Assembly (NCBI GenBank): GCA_030390025.1 | Contig: CM059426.1 | Coordinates: 206,274,001 to 206,338,000 of the forward strand | Length of the DNA: 64,000 nt | Origin: Squalus acanthias | Lineage: Eukaryota | Direction: 5' to 3' | Part shown: positions 49,635 to 61,269 of the stretch, piece after piece | How the letters are laid out: each line of letters begins with the position of its first letter | Numbering within the stretch: position 1 is the stretch's first letter | The notes under the pieces: generated by a model | The model's input: the letters and a program-made list of their open reading frames with translations, nothing else | What the model was told of the DNA's origin: nothing | Database searches by the model: none | Program-made: the position numbers and the translations under genes

Positions 49635-49746
49635 GGGGGCAGCTTTCGACTTTGTACGATGGAGATAAAAATCAGGAGAGATGTAGAACGGGCTGCCACT
49701 TCGCTATCACCCATTTTACACTATCTCACAAAGTCACAGTTACCCA
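49635..49746. mobile_element. Small palindromic MITE
   Basis: GACTTTGT/ACAAAGTC inverted arms; TSD CAT; similar to 39530-39643. Confidence 0.5.
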
Positions 49747-49882
49747 CATGGTCTTGTGCCATTTGCAGTTATATTGCACCATGTGTGAAGCCCAAGTGGT
49801 GTGAGACTCAAATTGGTGGCATCAAACTGGTGTATCAGTGACATGAAAATGCCGACACATCAACAAAGACTAAAATCTAACT

Positions 49883-50510
49883 TTTTTGTATTCGTTCCTG
49901 GGATGTGGGCATCGCTGGCAAGGCCAGCATTTATTGCCCTTCAGAAGGTGGCGGTGTGCCACCTTCTTGAACCACTGCAGTCCGTGTGGTGAAGGTACTG
50001 CCATGGTGCTGTTGGGGAGGGAGTTCCAGGATTTTGACCCAACGACGATGGAGGAATGGCGATATATTTCCAAGTCAGTCTGGTGTATGACTTGGAGGGG
50101 AACTTGGAGGTGGTGGTGTTCCCATGCGCCTGCTGCCCTTGTCCTTCTTGGTGGAAGAGGTCGTGGGTTTGGGAGGTGCTGTTGAAGAAGTCTTGGCGAG
50201 TTGCTGCAGTGCATCTTGTAGATGGTACACACTGCAGCCAAGGTACACCGGTGGTGGAGGGAGTGAACGTTTAAGATGGGGTGCCAATCAAGCGGGCTGC
50301 TTTGTCCTGGATGGTGTTAAGCTTCTTGAGTGTTGTTGGAGTTGCACTCATCCACGCAAGTGGAGAGTATTCCATCACACTCCTGACTTGTGCCTTGTAG
50401 ATGGTGGAAAGGCTTTGGGGAGTCAGGAGGTGAGACTCTCACTGCAGAATACCCAGCCTCTGACCTGCTCTTGTAGCCACAGTATTTTTGTGGCTGGTCC
50501 ATTTAAGTTT
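49883..50510 (-). mobile_element. Zenon/Crack-like LINE 3' fragment
   Basis: Reverse complement of 33050-33700. Confidence 0.88.
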
Positions 50511-50599
50511 CTGGCCAATTACTTAAGTGACTAGAGTAATGAGCTTCTCTTTCTACAACAAGGACTACAACACATGCCTTCATTTGACCCCTTCAATAA

Positions 50600-50990
50600 T
50601 GTGGAAGAACGTTCCAAGGCGTTTACCAGCGACTTAAGGAAAGAAATGGATGCCGAGCCAAAGAGGAGATATTAGGAATCTTGACCAAAAAGCTGTTTAA
50701 TGACTGTTTCAAAGGAGAAAATGGAGGGAGGTAGAGAGGTCAAGAGGCGAAGGGCAGGAATTCCAGAGAGTGGGATCCAGGTGGCTGCAGACTTGATGGT
50801 GGGATGAGGCGAGAGGTGCACAATAAGCTACAGTCAGAGGAATGGATGGTTTGGAGCGGGAGGGTTGTAGAGTGGAAGAGGTTGCAGAGGTAGGGAGGGC
50901 CAAGACCAAGGATGGATTTAAACATCTGGATGAGGACTTGGAGGACCAAGAGTTAATGTAGGTCAGCAAGAATAGGTGTACAGGGCAAAG
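50600..50990 (-). mobile_element. Old L2 3' fragment
   Basis: FKSILGLGPPYLCNL and PTLWNS motifs. Confidence 0.65.
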
Positions 50991-51988
50991 GTGGCCAATC
51001 AACTCCCAATTCCAAAGGCCACATTTGAACTATGTCTCAGTCATTTTGGGAGTCATTGCTTTCGAAATGAACATTTGCTTCAGGTAGCATGGTGCAATCT
51101 TGCACTGTAATTGTTCTCGATAATCTAGATCATTATACAACAACATCACACCTGCCAAAAGGACCACTCACTTCCATAATACATGACTCTTGTGGTCAAT
51201 TAGTCCACTATTGGTGGAGTTATTTTTGAATCTTCAGTATTATTATTTGCCCACTACTTAAATATTCTTTTTTTTAATTTGCTACTTTTGATAGCCAGGC
51301 CATTCACTGAAAGGCATTTTCGCCTTCCTGACTTGCTGCTAAAACCTATATTAACGTTTATCCTTTTGTAGCTGAATTTAACCTCCCGAGCATTTAAATG
51401 GTGATAGTGAGAATCTACGGAAAACCTAATTTATGTATGCAATTGAGGGATAATTAGTATTATTCATTAATATGTCGTTCCCAGGCGAATGACAATTACA
51501 CTCCATGTATCAGAGAGATAGCGGTTTGTTTTTGATTTGGAGGGGAATTTCTGTTTTCTAATGAAATTTTCACATGAAATTCAAATTAGCATAATTCATT
51601 AATATGCTCACTGGCTTTTATAATAATGAGATGCACTGTTTGGGGGGGGTTACATTTTATTCAATTTTCCTGGCAATTCTTCATCAAAATGTGTCGTTTT
51701 CTGTGAAGAAACTGGCTGAAGCCCCGCCATGTCCCACGGACGGTTTATTTTTATGTCACATCAGTCGGGCAGGGAACACTGATGAGATTAATGAGTGGAT
51801 CAACACTTTTGGCTTGCTGTCTGACAAAGCTTTAATGAAATTGACTTGGAGTCTCTCTTCTTAATATTCTGCCCCTCCGCTTTTAATTCTTGGAGAAAAT
51901 GGCCTCTGATGTTCTGATGGGCCAGGCATAACTACTCCCCATGTTGATATGAAATTCTGGCCCATCCTCACGAAAAGCTGGTAGCGTA

Positions 51989-52450
51989 GAAAGAAAAGGA
52001 AGGAAGACTTGCATTTATATAGCGCCTTTCATGACCTCAGGACGTCCCAAAGCACTTCAGAGCCAATGAAGTGCTTTTGAAGTGTTGTAATGTAGGAAAT
52101 GTGGCAGCCAATTTGCGCACAGCAAGGTCCCACTAACAGTCATGAAAAATATGATCAGATCATCCGTTTTAGGTGTTGGCTGAGGGGTAAATGTTGGCCA
52201 GGACACTGTGGAGAACTCCCAAGCTCTTTTCCTAATCGTGCCGTGAGATCTTTCATGTCCACCTGAGATGACAGGTGGGGCTTTGGTTAAATGTCTCATC
52301 TGAAAGACGGTACCTCCGACAGTGAGGCACTCCCTCAGTGCTGCACTGAAGTGCCAGCCCTAATTACGTGTTCAAGTCTCTGGAGTTGTCCTTGAACCCA
52401 CGACCTTCTGACTCAATAGCGCGAGTACTACTGAGCCAAGGCTGACACCT
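51989..52450 (-). mobile_element. Full-length Deu-type SINE
   Basis: Tail, Deu domain and tRNA head in reverse. Confidence 0.87.
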
Positions 52451-52584
52451 AAATAACTGGTATTTAGAGACTTAAAATGCAGTGTTACCCCATCAAATAT
52501 CATTTAACTGTAACCAGCATGGGTCTTAATATAGTGATCAGAAATAATATCAAGCCATTTTGAGTACTAAAACCTCCTCAGGAG

Positions 52585-53004
52585 GCTGTGGGTTCAAGTC
52601 CCACTCCAGGGACTTGAGCACAGATATCGAGGCTGACACTCCCAGTGCAGTGCTGAGGGAGTGCTGCACTGTCGGAGGTGCCGTCTTTCGGATGAGACGT
52701 TAAACCGAGGCCCCGTCTGCTCTCTCAGGTGGGCGTAAAAGATCCCACTGCACTATTTCGAAGAAAAGCAGGGGAGTTATCCCCGGTGTCCTGGCCAATA
52801 TTTATCCCTCAACCAACATAACAAAAACAGATTATCTGGTCATTATCACATTGCTGTTTGTGGGACCTTGCTGTGCGCAGACTGGCTGCCGCGCTCCCCA
52901 CATTATAACAGTGACTACACTTCAAAAGTACTTCATTGGCTGTAAAGCGCTTTGAGACGTCCGATGGTTGTGAAAGGCGCTATATAAATGCAAGTCTTTC
53001 TTTT
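52585..53004 (+). mobile_element. Deu-type SINE (from the B box on)
   Basis: GGTTCAAGTCCC, Deu domain, tail. Confidence 0.9.
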
Positions 53005-53779
53005 TTTTCCTTTAAAAATCCTGAGAAGAAAGGTGTACTGAAAGAGTTATCATTCGCTAAAAAATTGAAGCTGCCTATACTTTTAATAACATGAATTTGA
53101 GCTTATTTGCTTTTTAACATTTATGAGACAATTTTCTTCATAAATATCCATATTTGTCAGAGTCCCCTGGAACCACCTCCCCTGGTCTTGTCCCTAAACT
53201 CGTAAAAGAAAATCGAAAAGGCTGCAGTTTGGCAGATATCTCAGCTGTAAGTAAAGCAATTGCAATGTGAAAGGAAAGAGTGTAAATTAAATACACATCA
53301 AAAGTGTGCAAAAACTGCAGCCCGTAGACAGTTGTAAAAGGTGTCAAAATGATGCATTTGTCCAAACTGGCTGCCATATCAACATTACATACACAGCACA
53401 GTTACTGTGATTTAATCCTTCTCTAGCAGATGACAACATTTGAAATCGGAATTCCTTCAGGGCTCGATTCATCAACAGTCAAGTGAAATTGTAAGCACAG
53501 TGTATCCACTGCGCAGGCAAAAGGAGGGATAAATATTATTAGATGGTCCTATGATAAATGAGTTGTGCATATGTGATGCAGATTTCACAGTCTTCCGTGC
53601 AAATTATAACAACCTGGGAGCATGTGACATGAAAGGTATGCTTGCCTAATGCCTGCTGAAAGCAAGACTTGCATTTATATACAAAAAGAAAATACTGCAG
53701 ATGCTGGAAATCTGAAATAAAAACAGAAAATGCTGGAGATACTCAGCAGGTCAGGCAGCATCTGTGAAGAGAGAAACAG

Positions 53780-53816
53780 AGTTAATGTTTCAGGTCGATG
53801 ACCTTTCATCAGAACT
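53780..53816 (-). ncRNA. Minimal hammerhead motif (family B), stem III CpG-decayed
   Basis: AGUU-CUGAUGA-A-AGGUC-AUC-GACCU-GAAA-CAUU-AACU. Confidence 0.65.
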
Positions 53817-53952
53817 GGAAAAAAGCAGGAAATGGAACAGATTTTTAAGCAAGTGCAGGGGCTGGGAAAGGGGGGATGGGATGAAAGAACAAAAGGGAAG
53901 GTCTGTGATAGGATAGAAGGCAGGAGAGGTTAAGAGACATTAAGAGATATTC

Positions 53953-55430
53953 TTGCCCCACGGAACTTATCTCTTCCTATCTCGACTCTATTTTTTCTCC
54001 CCTTGTCCAGTCTCTTCCCACCTACATCCGCGACTCTTCCGACGCCCTCCGCCACTTTAACAGTTTCCAGTTTCCTGGCCCCAACCGCCTCCTTTTCACT
54101 ATGGACGTACAATCCCTCTACACCTCCATCCCCCACCAGGATGGCCTGAGGGCGCTCCGCTTCTTCCTTGAACAGAGGCCCAATCAGTCCCATCCACCAC
54201 CACCCTCCTCCGCCTGGCTGAACTTGTTCTCACGTTGAACAACTTCTCTTTTGACTCCACTCACTTCGTCCAAATCAAAGGTGTCGCTATGGGAACCCGC
54301 ATGGGTCCTAGCTATGCCTGCCTTTTCGTGGGATATGTGGAACACTCTTTGTTCCAGTCCTACTCGGGTCCCCTCCCTCACCTCTTTTTCCGGTACATTG
54401 ATGACTGTATCGGTGCCGTCTCTTGCTCTCGCCCTGAAATAGAAAATTTCATTCACTTTGCTTCCAATTTCCACCCTTCCCTCACCTTCACATGGTCCAT
54501 CTCTGACTCTTCCCTTCCCTTCCTCGACGTCTCCGTCTCCATCTCTGGGGATAGGTTATTGACAAACATTCATTACAAGCCCACTGACTCCCACAGCTAC
54601 CTGGACTACACTTCCTCCCACCCCGCCTCCTGTAAAGACTCTATTCCATTCTCCCAGTTTCTCCGTCTCCGCCGCATCTGCTCGACGATGCCACCTTCCA
54701 TACCAGTGCTTCCAACATGTCTTCCTTTTTCCTCAACCAAGGATTCCCCTCTACTGTGGTTGACACGGCCCTTGACCATGTCCGTTCTATCTCCCGCACT
54801 TCTGCCCTCACCCCTGCCCCTCCCTCCCGGAACCACGATAGAGTTCCCCTTGCCCTCACCTTTCACCCCACCAGCCTTCACATTCAACGGATCATCCTCC
54901 GCCATTTCCACCACCTCCAACGTGATCCCACCACCAAACGCATCTTCCCCTCCCTCCGCGACACCTTGGTCCACTCCTCTATCACCCCAACGCCCATTCC
55001 CCTTCGCCCGGCACCTTCCCGTGCAAGCGCAGGAGATGCAACACATGCCCTTACATCTCCCCCCTTCCTACTGTCCAGGGCCCCAAACACCCCTTCCAGG
55101 TGAAACAGCGATTTACTTGTACTTCTTGCAATTTAGTATACTGTATTCGCTGCTCACGATGCGGTCTCCTCTACATTGAGGAGACCAAACGCAGATTGGG
55201 TGACCGCTTTGCGGAACACCTCCGTTCAGTCCGTAAGGGGGACCCCGAGCTTCCGGTCGCCTGTCACTTTAATTCTTCACACCACTCCCACTCAGACCTC
55301 ACCGTCCTCGGCCTCTTGCATTGTTCCACTGAAGCTCAGTGGAAGTTCGAGAAACAGCACCTCATCTTTCGATTAGGCACTTTACAGCCTCTGGACTCAA
55401 CATAGAGTTCAACAATTTCAGATCATAACC
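53953..55430 (+). pseudogene. PLE reverse transcriptase + GIY-YIG endonuclease, 5'-truncated and frameshifted
   Basis: DVQSLYTSIP, GVAMGTRMGPSYA, FRYIDD, FLDV, YKPTD..YL..SSHP, then VYCIRCSRCGLLYIEET..L.DRFAEH..VACHFN..H. Confidence 0.93.
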
Positions 55431-55729
55431 TCGTCCCCTATCATATATATATTTTTCATCCACACTTTTTGTCTGTGTCTTTTTTTCTTCTCTCACACAT
55501 GGCAGCTGTCTTTCATTCTGCCAGCGCAATTTACACTTCATCTGGAGCCATCCTTTGTTCCTTAACCTGTCCCATTACCATCTCCTTTTGCCTTGAATAT
55601 CTCTTAATGTCTCTTAACCTCTCCTGCCTTCTATCCTATCACAGACCTTCCCTTTTGTTCTTTCATCCCCTCCCCCCTTTCCCAGCCCTACACTTGCTTA
55701 AAAATCTGTTCCATTTCCTGCTTTTTTCC

Positions 55730-55766
55730 AGTTCTGATGAAAGGTCATCGACCTGAAACGTTAACT
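55730..55766 (+). ncRNA. Minimal type-I hammerhead ribozyme motif (family B)
   Basis: AGTT-CTGATGA-A-AGGTC-ATC-GACCT-GAAA-CGTT-AACT; palindromic ACGU stem III, stem I AGUU/AACU. Confidence 0.8.
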
Positions 55767-55872
55767 CTGTTTCTCTCTTCACAGATGCTGCCTGACCTGC
55801 TGAGTATCTCCAGCATTTTCTGTTTTTACTTGTATTTATATAACGCTTTTCAGGACGTCCCAAAGCGCTTTT

Positions 55873-56620
55873 TAAAATTTTGTTTTTATGGGATCAGGGC
55901 GTCGCTGGCAATGCCAGCATTTATTGCCCATCCCTAATTGCCCTTGAGAAGGTGGTGGTGAGCCACCTTCTTGAACCGCTGCAGTCCGTGTGGTGAAGGT
56001 ACTGCCACAGTGCTGTTAGGGAGGAGTTCCAGGATTTTGACCCAGCGACGATGACGGATCGGTGATATACTTCTAAGTCAGGATGGTGTGTGACTTGGAG
56101 GGGAACTTGGAGGTGGTGGTGTTCCCATGCGCCTGCTGCCCTTGTCCTTCTCGGTGGAAGAGGTCGCGGGTTTGGGAGGTGCTGCCGAAGAAGCCTTGGC
56201 GAGTTGCTGCAGTGCATCTTGTAGATGGTACACACTGCAGCCACGGTACGCTGGTGGTGGAGGGAGTGAATGTTTAAGGTGGTGGATGGGGAAGCCAATC
56301 AAGTGGGCTGCTTTGTCCTGGATGGTGTCGAGCTTCTTGAGTGTTGTTGGAGCTGCACTCATCCAGACAAGTGGAGAGTATTCCATCACACTCCTTACTT
56401 GTGCCTTGTAGAGGGTGGAAAGGCTTTGGGGAGTCAGGAGGTGAGACACTCGTCGCAGAATACCTAGCCTCTGACCTGCTCTTGTTGCCACAGTATTTAT
56501 GTGGCTGGTCCAGTTAACTTTCTGGTTAATGGTGACCCCCCAGGATGTTGATAGTGGGGGATTTGGCGATGGTAATGCCATTGAATGTCAAGGGGAGGTG
56601 GTTAGACTCTCGCTTGTTGG
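55873..56620 (-). mobile_element. Zenon/Crack-like LINE 3' fragment inserted in a SINE
   Basis: ORF 56078-56581 matches 33004-33444. Confidence 0.88.
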
Positions 56621-56830
56621 ACAGCCAATGAAGTACTTTTTGAAGAGTAGTCACTGTTGTAATGTAGGAAAAGTGGCAGCCAATTTGCGCACAGCAAGCT
56701 CCTACAAACAGCAATGTGATAATGACCAGATAATCTGTTTTAGATGTTGTTTGAGGGATAAATATTGGCCCAGACACCGGGGAGAACTTCCCTGCTCTTC
56801 TTCAAAATAGTGCCATGGGATCTTTTACGT
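56621..56830 (-). mobile_element. Remainder of the Deu-type SINE whose tail lies at 53662-53681 and 55829-55872
   Basis: The sequence is collinear across both insertions (…CAAAGCGCTTT | ACAGCCAATGAAG…). Confidence 0.8.
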
Positions 56831-57631
56831 CCTCCAATCTGTCCATCTTACAACTGAAGTGCAGGAGACTTCATACCAATGTCATCTAAAAATATGTTTG
56901 ATATGTTTGTGGTTACTATCTTACTATTGTACGGCAATTACTTAATTAGACCTGTGTAAAGCTCGAACTTATCAGACGAGTAACTTATTATACTCAAAGG
57001 GAGTCTTGTGTTGTAGGGCTTCTTGATGGCAGCTTGAGCCATTGACACACAAGCTGGTAACACTATGTGTGAACAATGCTTTATAACGGAAGCAGCCCAC
57101 AGGGGAGGGCAGACTGCTGATCCCCTAACAGTGTGCTCGAGGTCAGAGAGATTACTGTGGAGGTCACGCAGTACATTCTGATGACTTTTGTCGAAGTCGC
57201 TTTCAGTTGTGGCTATCATTAGATTAACAAGACTAGGTCTGGAAGACCTCAAAATGTCAGCTTGATCTCCCCTTCACAGAGGATGCAGTGAATCTTAATG
57301 TTTGCTTTCAGTCTTCAAACACGATTGCTTGAGTTTTGTTTTCAGTGTTGCAAAATACTAATTGCACTGGTCTCCTCTCAATCCACTCGATGCCAGCCCG
57401 AATGTAAAGAGACTTAAACCCCTCAACAGCCCTGCAACATCCTTTTCTTTAAAAAAAAGACTCCATGTAGTTGTACTCAATTCAGCCTGTCTGTGCATGG
57501 ACTTCTCATAGCCTTGGTGTCAGTGGTGTCATTTAACCATTTAATTCTGTACCACTTGTTTAAGGAGTACAGTCTGCAAATGCCAAGTGCTGCTGACAGT
57601 TGTAGTGCTTAACTGATCAAGAAACTCAAGC

Positions 57632-57850
57632 TCAGCTGCCAAGGCTCTAAGCTCTGGAATTCCCTCCCTAAACCTCTCCAGCTCTCTACCTCTCTCTCCT
57701 CCTTTAAGACGCTCATTTAAACCTACGGCATCTGGCCAAATATCTCCTTTATGTGGCTCGGTGTCAAATTTTGTTTGATTAAGCCCCTGTGAAGCGCCTT
57801 GGGACGTTTTACTACATTGAAGGCGCTATGTAAATGCAAGTTGTTGTTGT
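57632..57850 (+). mobile_element. L2 3' end
   Basis: AAGCTCTGGAATTCCCTCCCTAAACC...GGCGCTATGTAAATGCAAG(TTG)n. Confidence 0.85.
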
Positions 57851-58174
57851 TTTATAAGGTAAAGCATGCTACACTTTTTTAAAAAAATATAGTCAATCTT
57901 CCATGGCGTTGCACACAAAGAGTTAAGTGTATTCTTCAGGTGAAGTGGGGTTAGAGGCTGGGGCTAATTGGAGCAGAGCGTGCAGTCGTAATTCAATCCC
58001 CATTTTAAAGTCATACCATCTGCCCTTATTTTTATATTTCCATTGTCAATTGCCATGTCAGCATTTATATAAGGAGAAAATGCTTATGTAAACTTGTCAC
58101 ACTATAACTGTACCCTTCCCTAGTATTGGCTTTAAAGCTACAGATTCGAGCATTTATCAATCTAGAACTCTAAC

Positions 58175-58540
58175 AGCGGGTACAGTAGCATAGTGGTTAT
58201 GTTACTGTACTAGTAATCCAGAGGCCTGGATGAATGATCCAAAGACGCAAGTTCAAATCCCACCACATTTTAAAAATTCAATTAATTAAATAAATCTGGA
58301 ATTAAAAACTAGTATCAGTAATGGTGACCATGAAACTATCTGATTGTCGTAAAAACCCATCTGGTTCACTAATGTCCTTTAGGGAAGGAAATCTGCCGTC
58401 CTTACCCGGTCTGGGCCTATATGTGACTCCAGACCCACAGCAATGTGGTTGACTCTTAACTGCCCTCTGCGGGCAAAATAGGCAATAAATGCCAGCCTTG
58501 CCAGCGATGCCCACATCCCATGAACAAATTAAAAAAAGAA
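58175..58540 (+). mobile_element. Second tRNA-headed SINE family sharing its 3' tail with the Zenon/Crack-like LINE
   Basis: A box TAGCATAGTGG, B box GTTCAAATCC; tail GGCAATAAATGCCAGCCTTGCCAGCGATGCCCACATCCC-A-rich. Confidence 0.85.
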
Positions 58541-59181
58541 ATGTAACACTGACATCCGAGTCTCTTTATATTGCCTTTGAGTATGAACATGTTCTCTCCT
58601 ATCTTCTGCCTATCTTGCCTCTTGGGAAAGTGGTTGTATATTCACCTGTATCAGCAGGTACTGGCATATGTATGCTCCTCCCCAGACTTGTCAATCTGAC
58701 AACTCTGTAACTAGACTACCAGGGATCAAATGATCCTTCCCCCCGCGCCACACCCACCCCTCCTCCTCCCACAACACCATTTAATCTTGTGACATTGGTA
58801 TCCCTCCCCATTCCCTTTCTACAATTACATGCAGACAAACACACACCAACTAGGGTAAGCGACCAAGGATTGAACCTTAGAACTGTTCTTGTTTAGTTGG
58901 AGATTCAAAAATGGCCTCTCACAATGCAATTTTATTTTAATTGGTGGAGAAAGAAAAGGATAATTTTACACATAAGAGAAACAGCGGGAAGGGGATTAAT
59001 ACTCAATGGATTGCAGGAAACCTCTGTTTTGGTTCAGTATTACATTTTTACATTTCTGCAATCCAACACAGTACAGGTTGCCAGAATCGTGGTAGTGTTG
59101 AAGATAGATGGTCCGCAACTTATGGATGATGACATCGCTAATGTTTCACATCAAAATAACGTCAATGCCGTAAGGATTTTT

Positions 59182-59510
59182 GGGTAGAAATTGGACCTCA
59201 CGAGGTCCAATTTCGGGGACCAATGCCCAAAATTTGGTCAGGTCGTTTAACAGGTATCTGTAACGGCTGCCTAAAACAGGTGCTTAGGCCCCTTAGATAA
59301 ATATGTAAGTGAGGGGCCTGACTCCCGTTGTAGGCCCGCTCACCGGAATTGGCCTGGGATGAGCGGGGCAGGCATTGGGCCTAGCCTGCTCAGAATTCTT
59401 CAATGGCTGCTGCAGCCTAAGCAGCGGTTTCCAACAAAAGATATTCCTGAGGAGCAGAAGTGTTACTCTGAGCTTCACAGCTTCAGCCAGTTTAATTGCA
59501 GCCAACCGTA
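59182..59510. mobile_element. Truncated GC-rich MITE
   Basis: Starts GGGTAGAAATTGG; motifs shared with 4292-4939. Confidence 0.45.
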
Positions 59511-59527
59511 GACTTCAGTGTCATTTA

Positions 59528-59878
59528 GAAAGAAAGAAAGACTTGCATTTCGATAGCGCCTTTCACGACCTTTCACCGGATGTCTCAAAGCGCTTTACAG
59601 CCAATGAAGTACTTTTTGAAGCGGAGTCACTGTTGTAATGTGGGCAACGCGGCAGCCAATTTGCGCACAGCAAGCTCCCACAAACAGCAATGTGATAATG
59701 ACCAGATAATCTCTTTTTTGTTATGTTGGTTGAGGGATAAATATTGGCCAGGATTCCGGGGATAACTCCCCTGCTCTTCTTCGAAATCGTGCCATGAGAT
59801 CTTTTACATCCACCCGAGAGAGCAGGCGGGGCCTCGGTTTAACGTCTCATCAAAAGACGGCACCCCCGACAGTGCAGC
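59528..59878 (-). mobile_element. Deu-type SINE
   Basis: Reverse complement of the tail and Deu domain. Confidence 0.88.
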
Positions 59879-59927
59879 AATCTTTATTCTAATCCTACTC
59901 CATAAATTAGCACTCAAATCAATGTTT

Positions 59928-59957
59928 TGTGTGTGTGTGTGTGTGGTGTGTGTGTGT
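59928..59957 (+). repeat. (GT)n microsatellite
   Basis: Seen directly. Confidence 0.9.
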
Positions 59958-60099
59958 CACTGTGGGGGACGAGGAGGGGGAGCGGTGCGAGTATGAGCTA
60001 AGAGTGTTGCAAAGTCATTCTAAAATAGTAGTCCTAATTTGTTCTCAGACAGCATTTAAAAGTGCACCGTCACTTGAGTGGTCTGTTGGTAAGAAGGTA

Positions 60100-60393
60100 C
60101 AGTAAACTCTTTCTTATCCGGCACCTATGGGACCAGGATGGTGCCGGTTGATGAAAAATTCTGGATAACAGAGAGGTATACCTACCAAGGCAATTTTTAA
60201 CACAAACAAAAATAAAAAATCAAGAAATGTACTGTATAATTGGGTACTCACCTACAGAATGTTCCGTTAAATGTATGGTAGAATCGGCAAGATTACCGGT
60301 TATTGAGGTGTTGTTTTGCATTGAGATATATCTATTTTGCCAGTTATTAAAGTATTCTGGATGATAAAGTGACGTTTAAACAAGAGTTTACTG
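60100..60393. mobile_element. Tc1/mariner (Tigger/pogo-like) MITE
   Basis: Perfect 12-bp TIR CAGTAAACTCTT / AAGAGTTTACTG with TA on both sides (60098-60099, 60394-60395). Confidence 0.8.
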
Positions 60394-60547
60394 TATTTCA
60401 GTTTTGCAAGCCAGTAAATATCTGATTGGGCACACTCAACTGACATGTCAATGTTCAATGGTAGTATTCTGTAAGTGTTGAAGTAGTGCGATATGTCATG
60501 TAGATGAGTTTGCAGCAACATTTCCCATTAACATTTTTAGTTATTAT

Positions 60548-61269
60548 GGCCTAATAATTCGGTTGCTTAGCGCCTCCCGTTTGCGCCCTAAGAGGGCCGC
60601 AAAGCAACTAGCGCCTGGACGCGGCGCCGCCAACGCCTCTCGCGAAATTCAGTGGGAGGTTAGCGGCGGAGGTAACTGTTAGGCCCAGCGGTGCTGCGCC
60701 GCCGGCGATGACGTCATCACCGTGCGCAGCGGCCCGCTCGCTCCTCGGCCGCAATCTTCGGTAGCGCCCCCTGACTTACCGCCGGATGCTATGTCTGACG
60801 GGGTCAGAGGGGCCTACCTGCGGCCGGGGCTGCGCTAATTAAAGGGAAGGTGCTGGGCGGCCATTTTTGATGCTGGCTGCCTGCCAGCACTTGCCCCCGT
60901 TGCCGTTCCCGGCCTCCTGTGCAGCCCCCCCCCCGCGGAGTGCCGGCTGCGCTCCGTGAGCCCGGCACTTCTCTTGAGTACCAGGCTCGTTTGCCGGCAC
61001 TCCGATCCCTGGTGACCCATCTGGGCCCCGGGTCATGCTGCGCAAGGCCTCTCCCCTTTAATAAGGGGAGGAAGGCCTGCAGTACCGTGGCACAACGTGC
61101 CGCAGCACGTGGCGCTGCAGCACATAGCGCGCGATATTCACTCGCAGCGCCCCAAGAGGGAGGCGGGGCACTTCCAGTAGCTACCGATGAATTTCAGCCG
61201 CGGGGTCGCAAATTTTTTCGGGGCGCTAAAAGTAGCACCCCAAAGGGGGCGCGACTCAATTTTTCCCCC
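60548..61269. mobile_element. CpG-rich Harbinger-like MITE
   Basis: Ends CAATTTTTCCCCC; TSD TAT (60545-60547, 61270-61272); related to 41760 and 43622. Confidence 0.72.

Larger units (their letters stand above)
53682..55828 (+). mobile_element. Penelope-like element, family B: inverted pLTRs flanking a frameshifted RT + GIY-YIG ORF
   Basis: Arms 53718-53952 and 55595-55828; TSD CTTG(C/T)ATTTATATA (53668-53681, 55829-55842). Confidence 0.92.

Noticed and set aside
54235-55179. 314-aa ORF as an intact gene
   Set aside because: RT similarity stops at a frameshift (~54685); 5'-truncated PLE pseudogene.
60548-61269. CpG-island promoter
   Set aside because: Bounded by MITE termini and a TSD, and homologous to other MITEs in the window.
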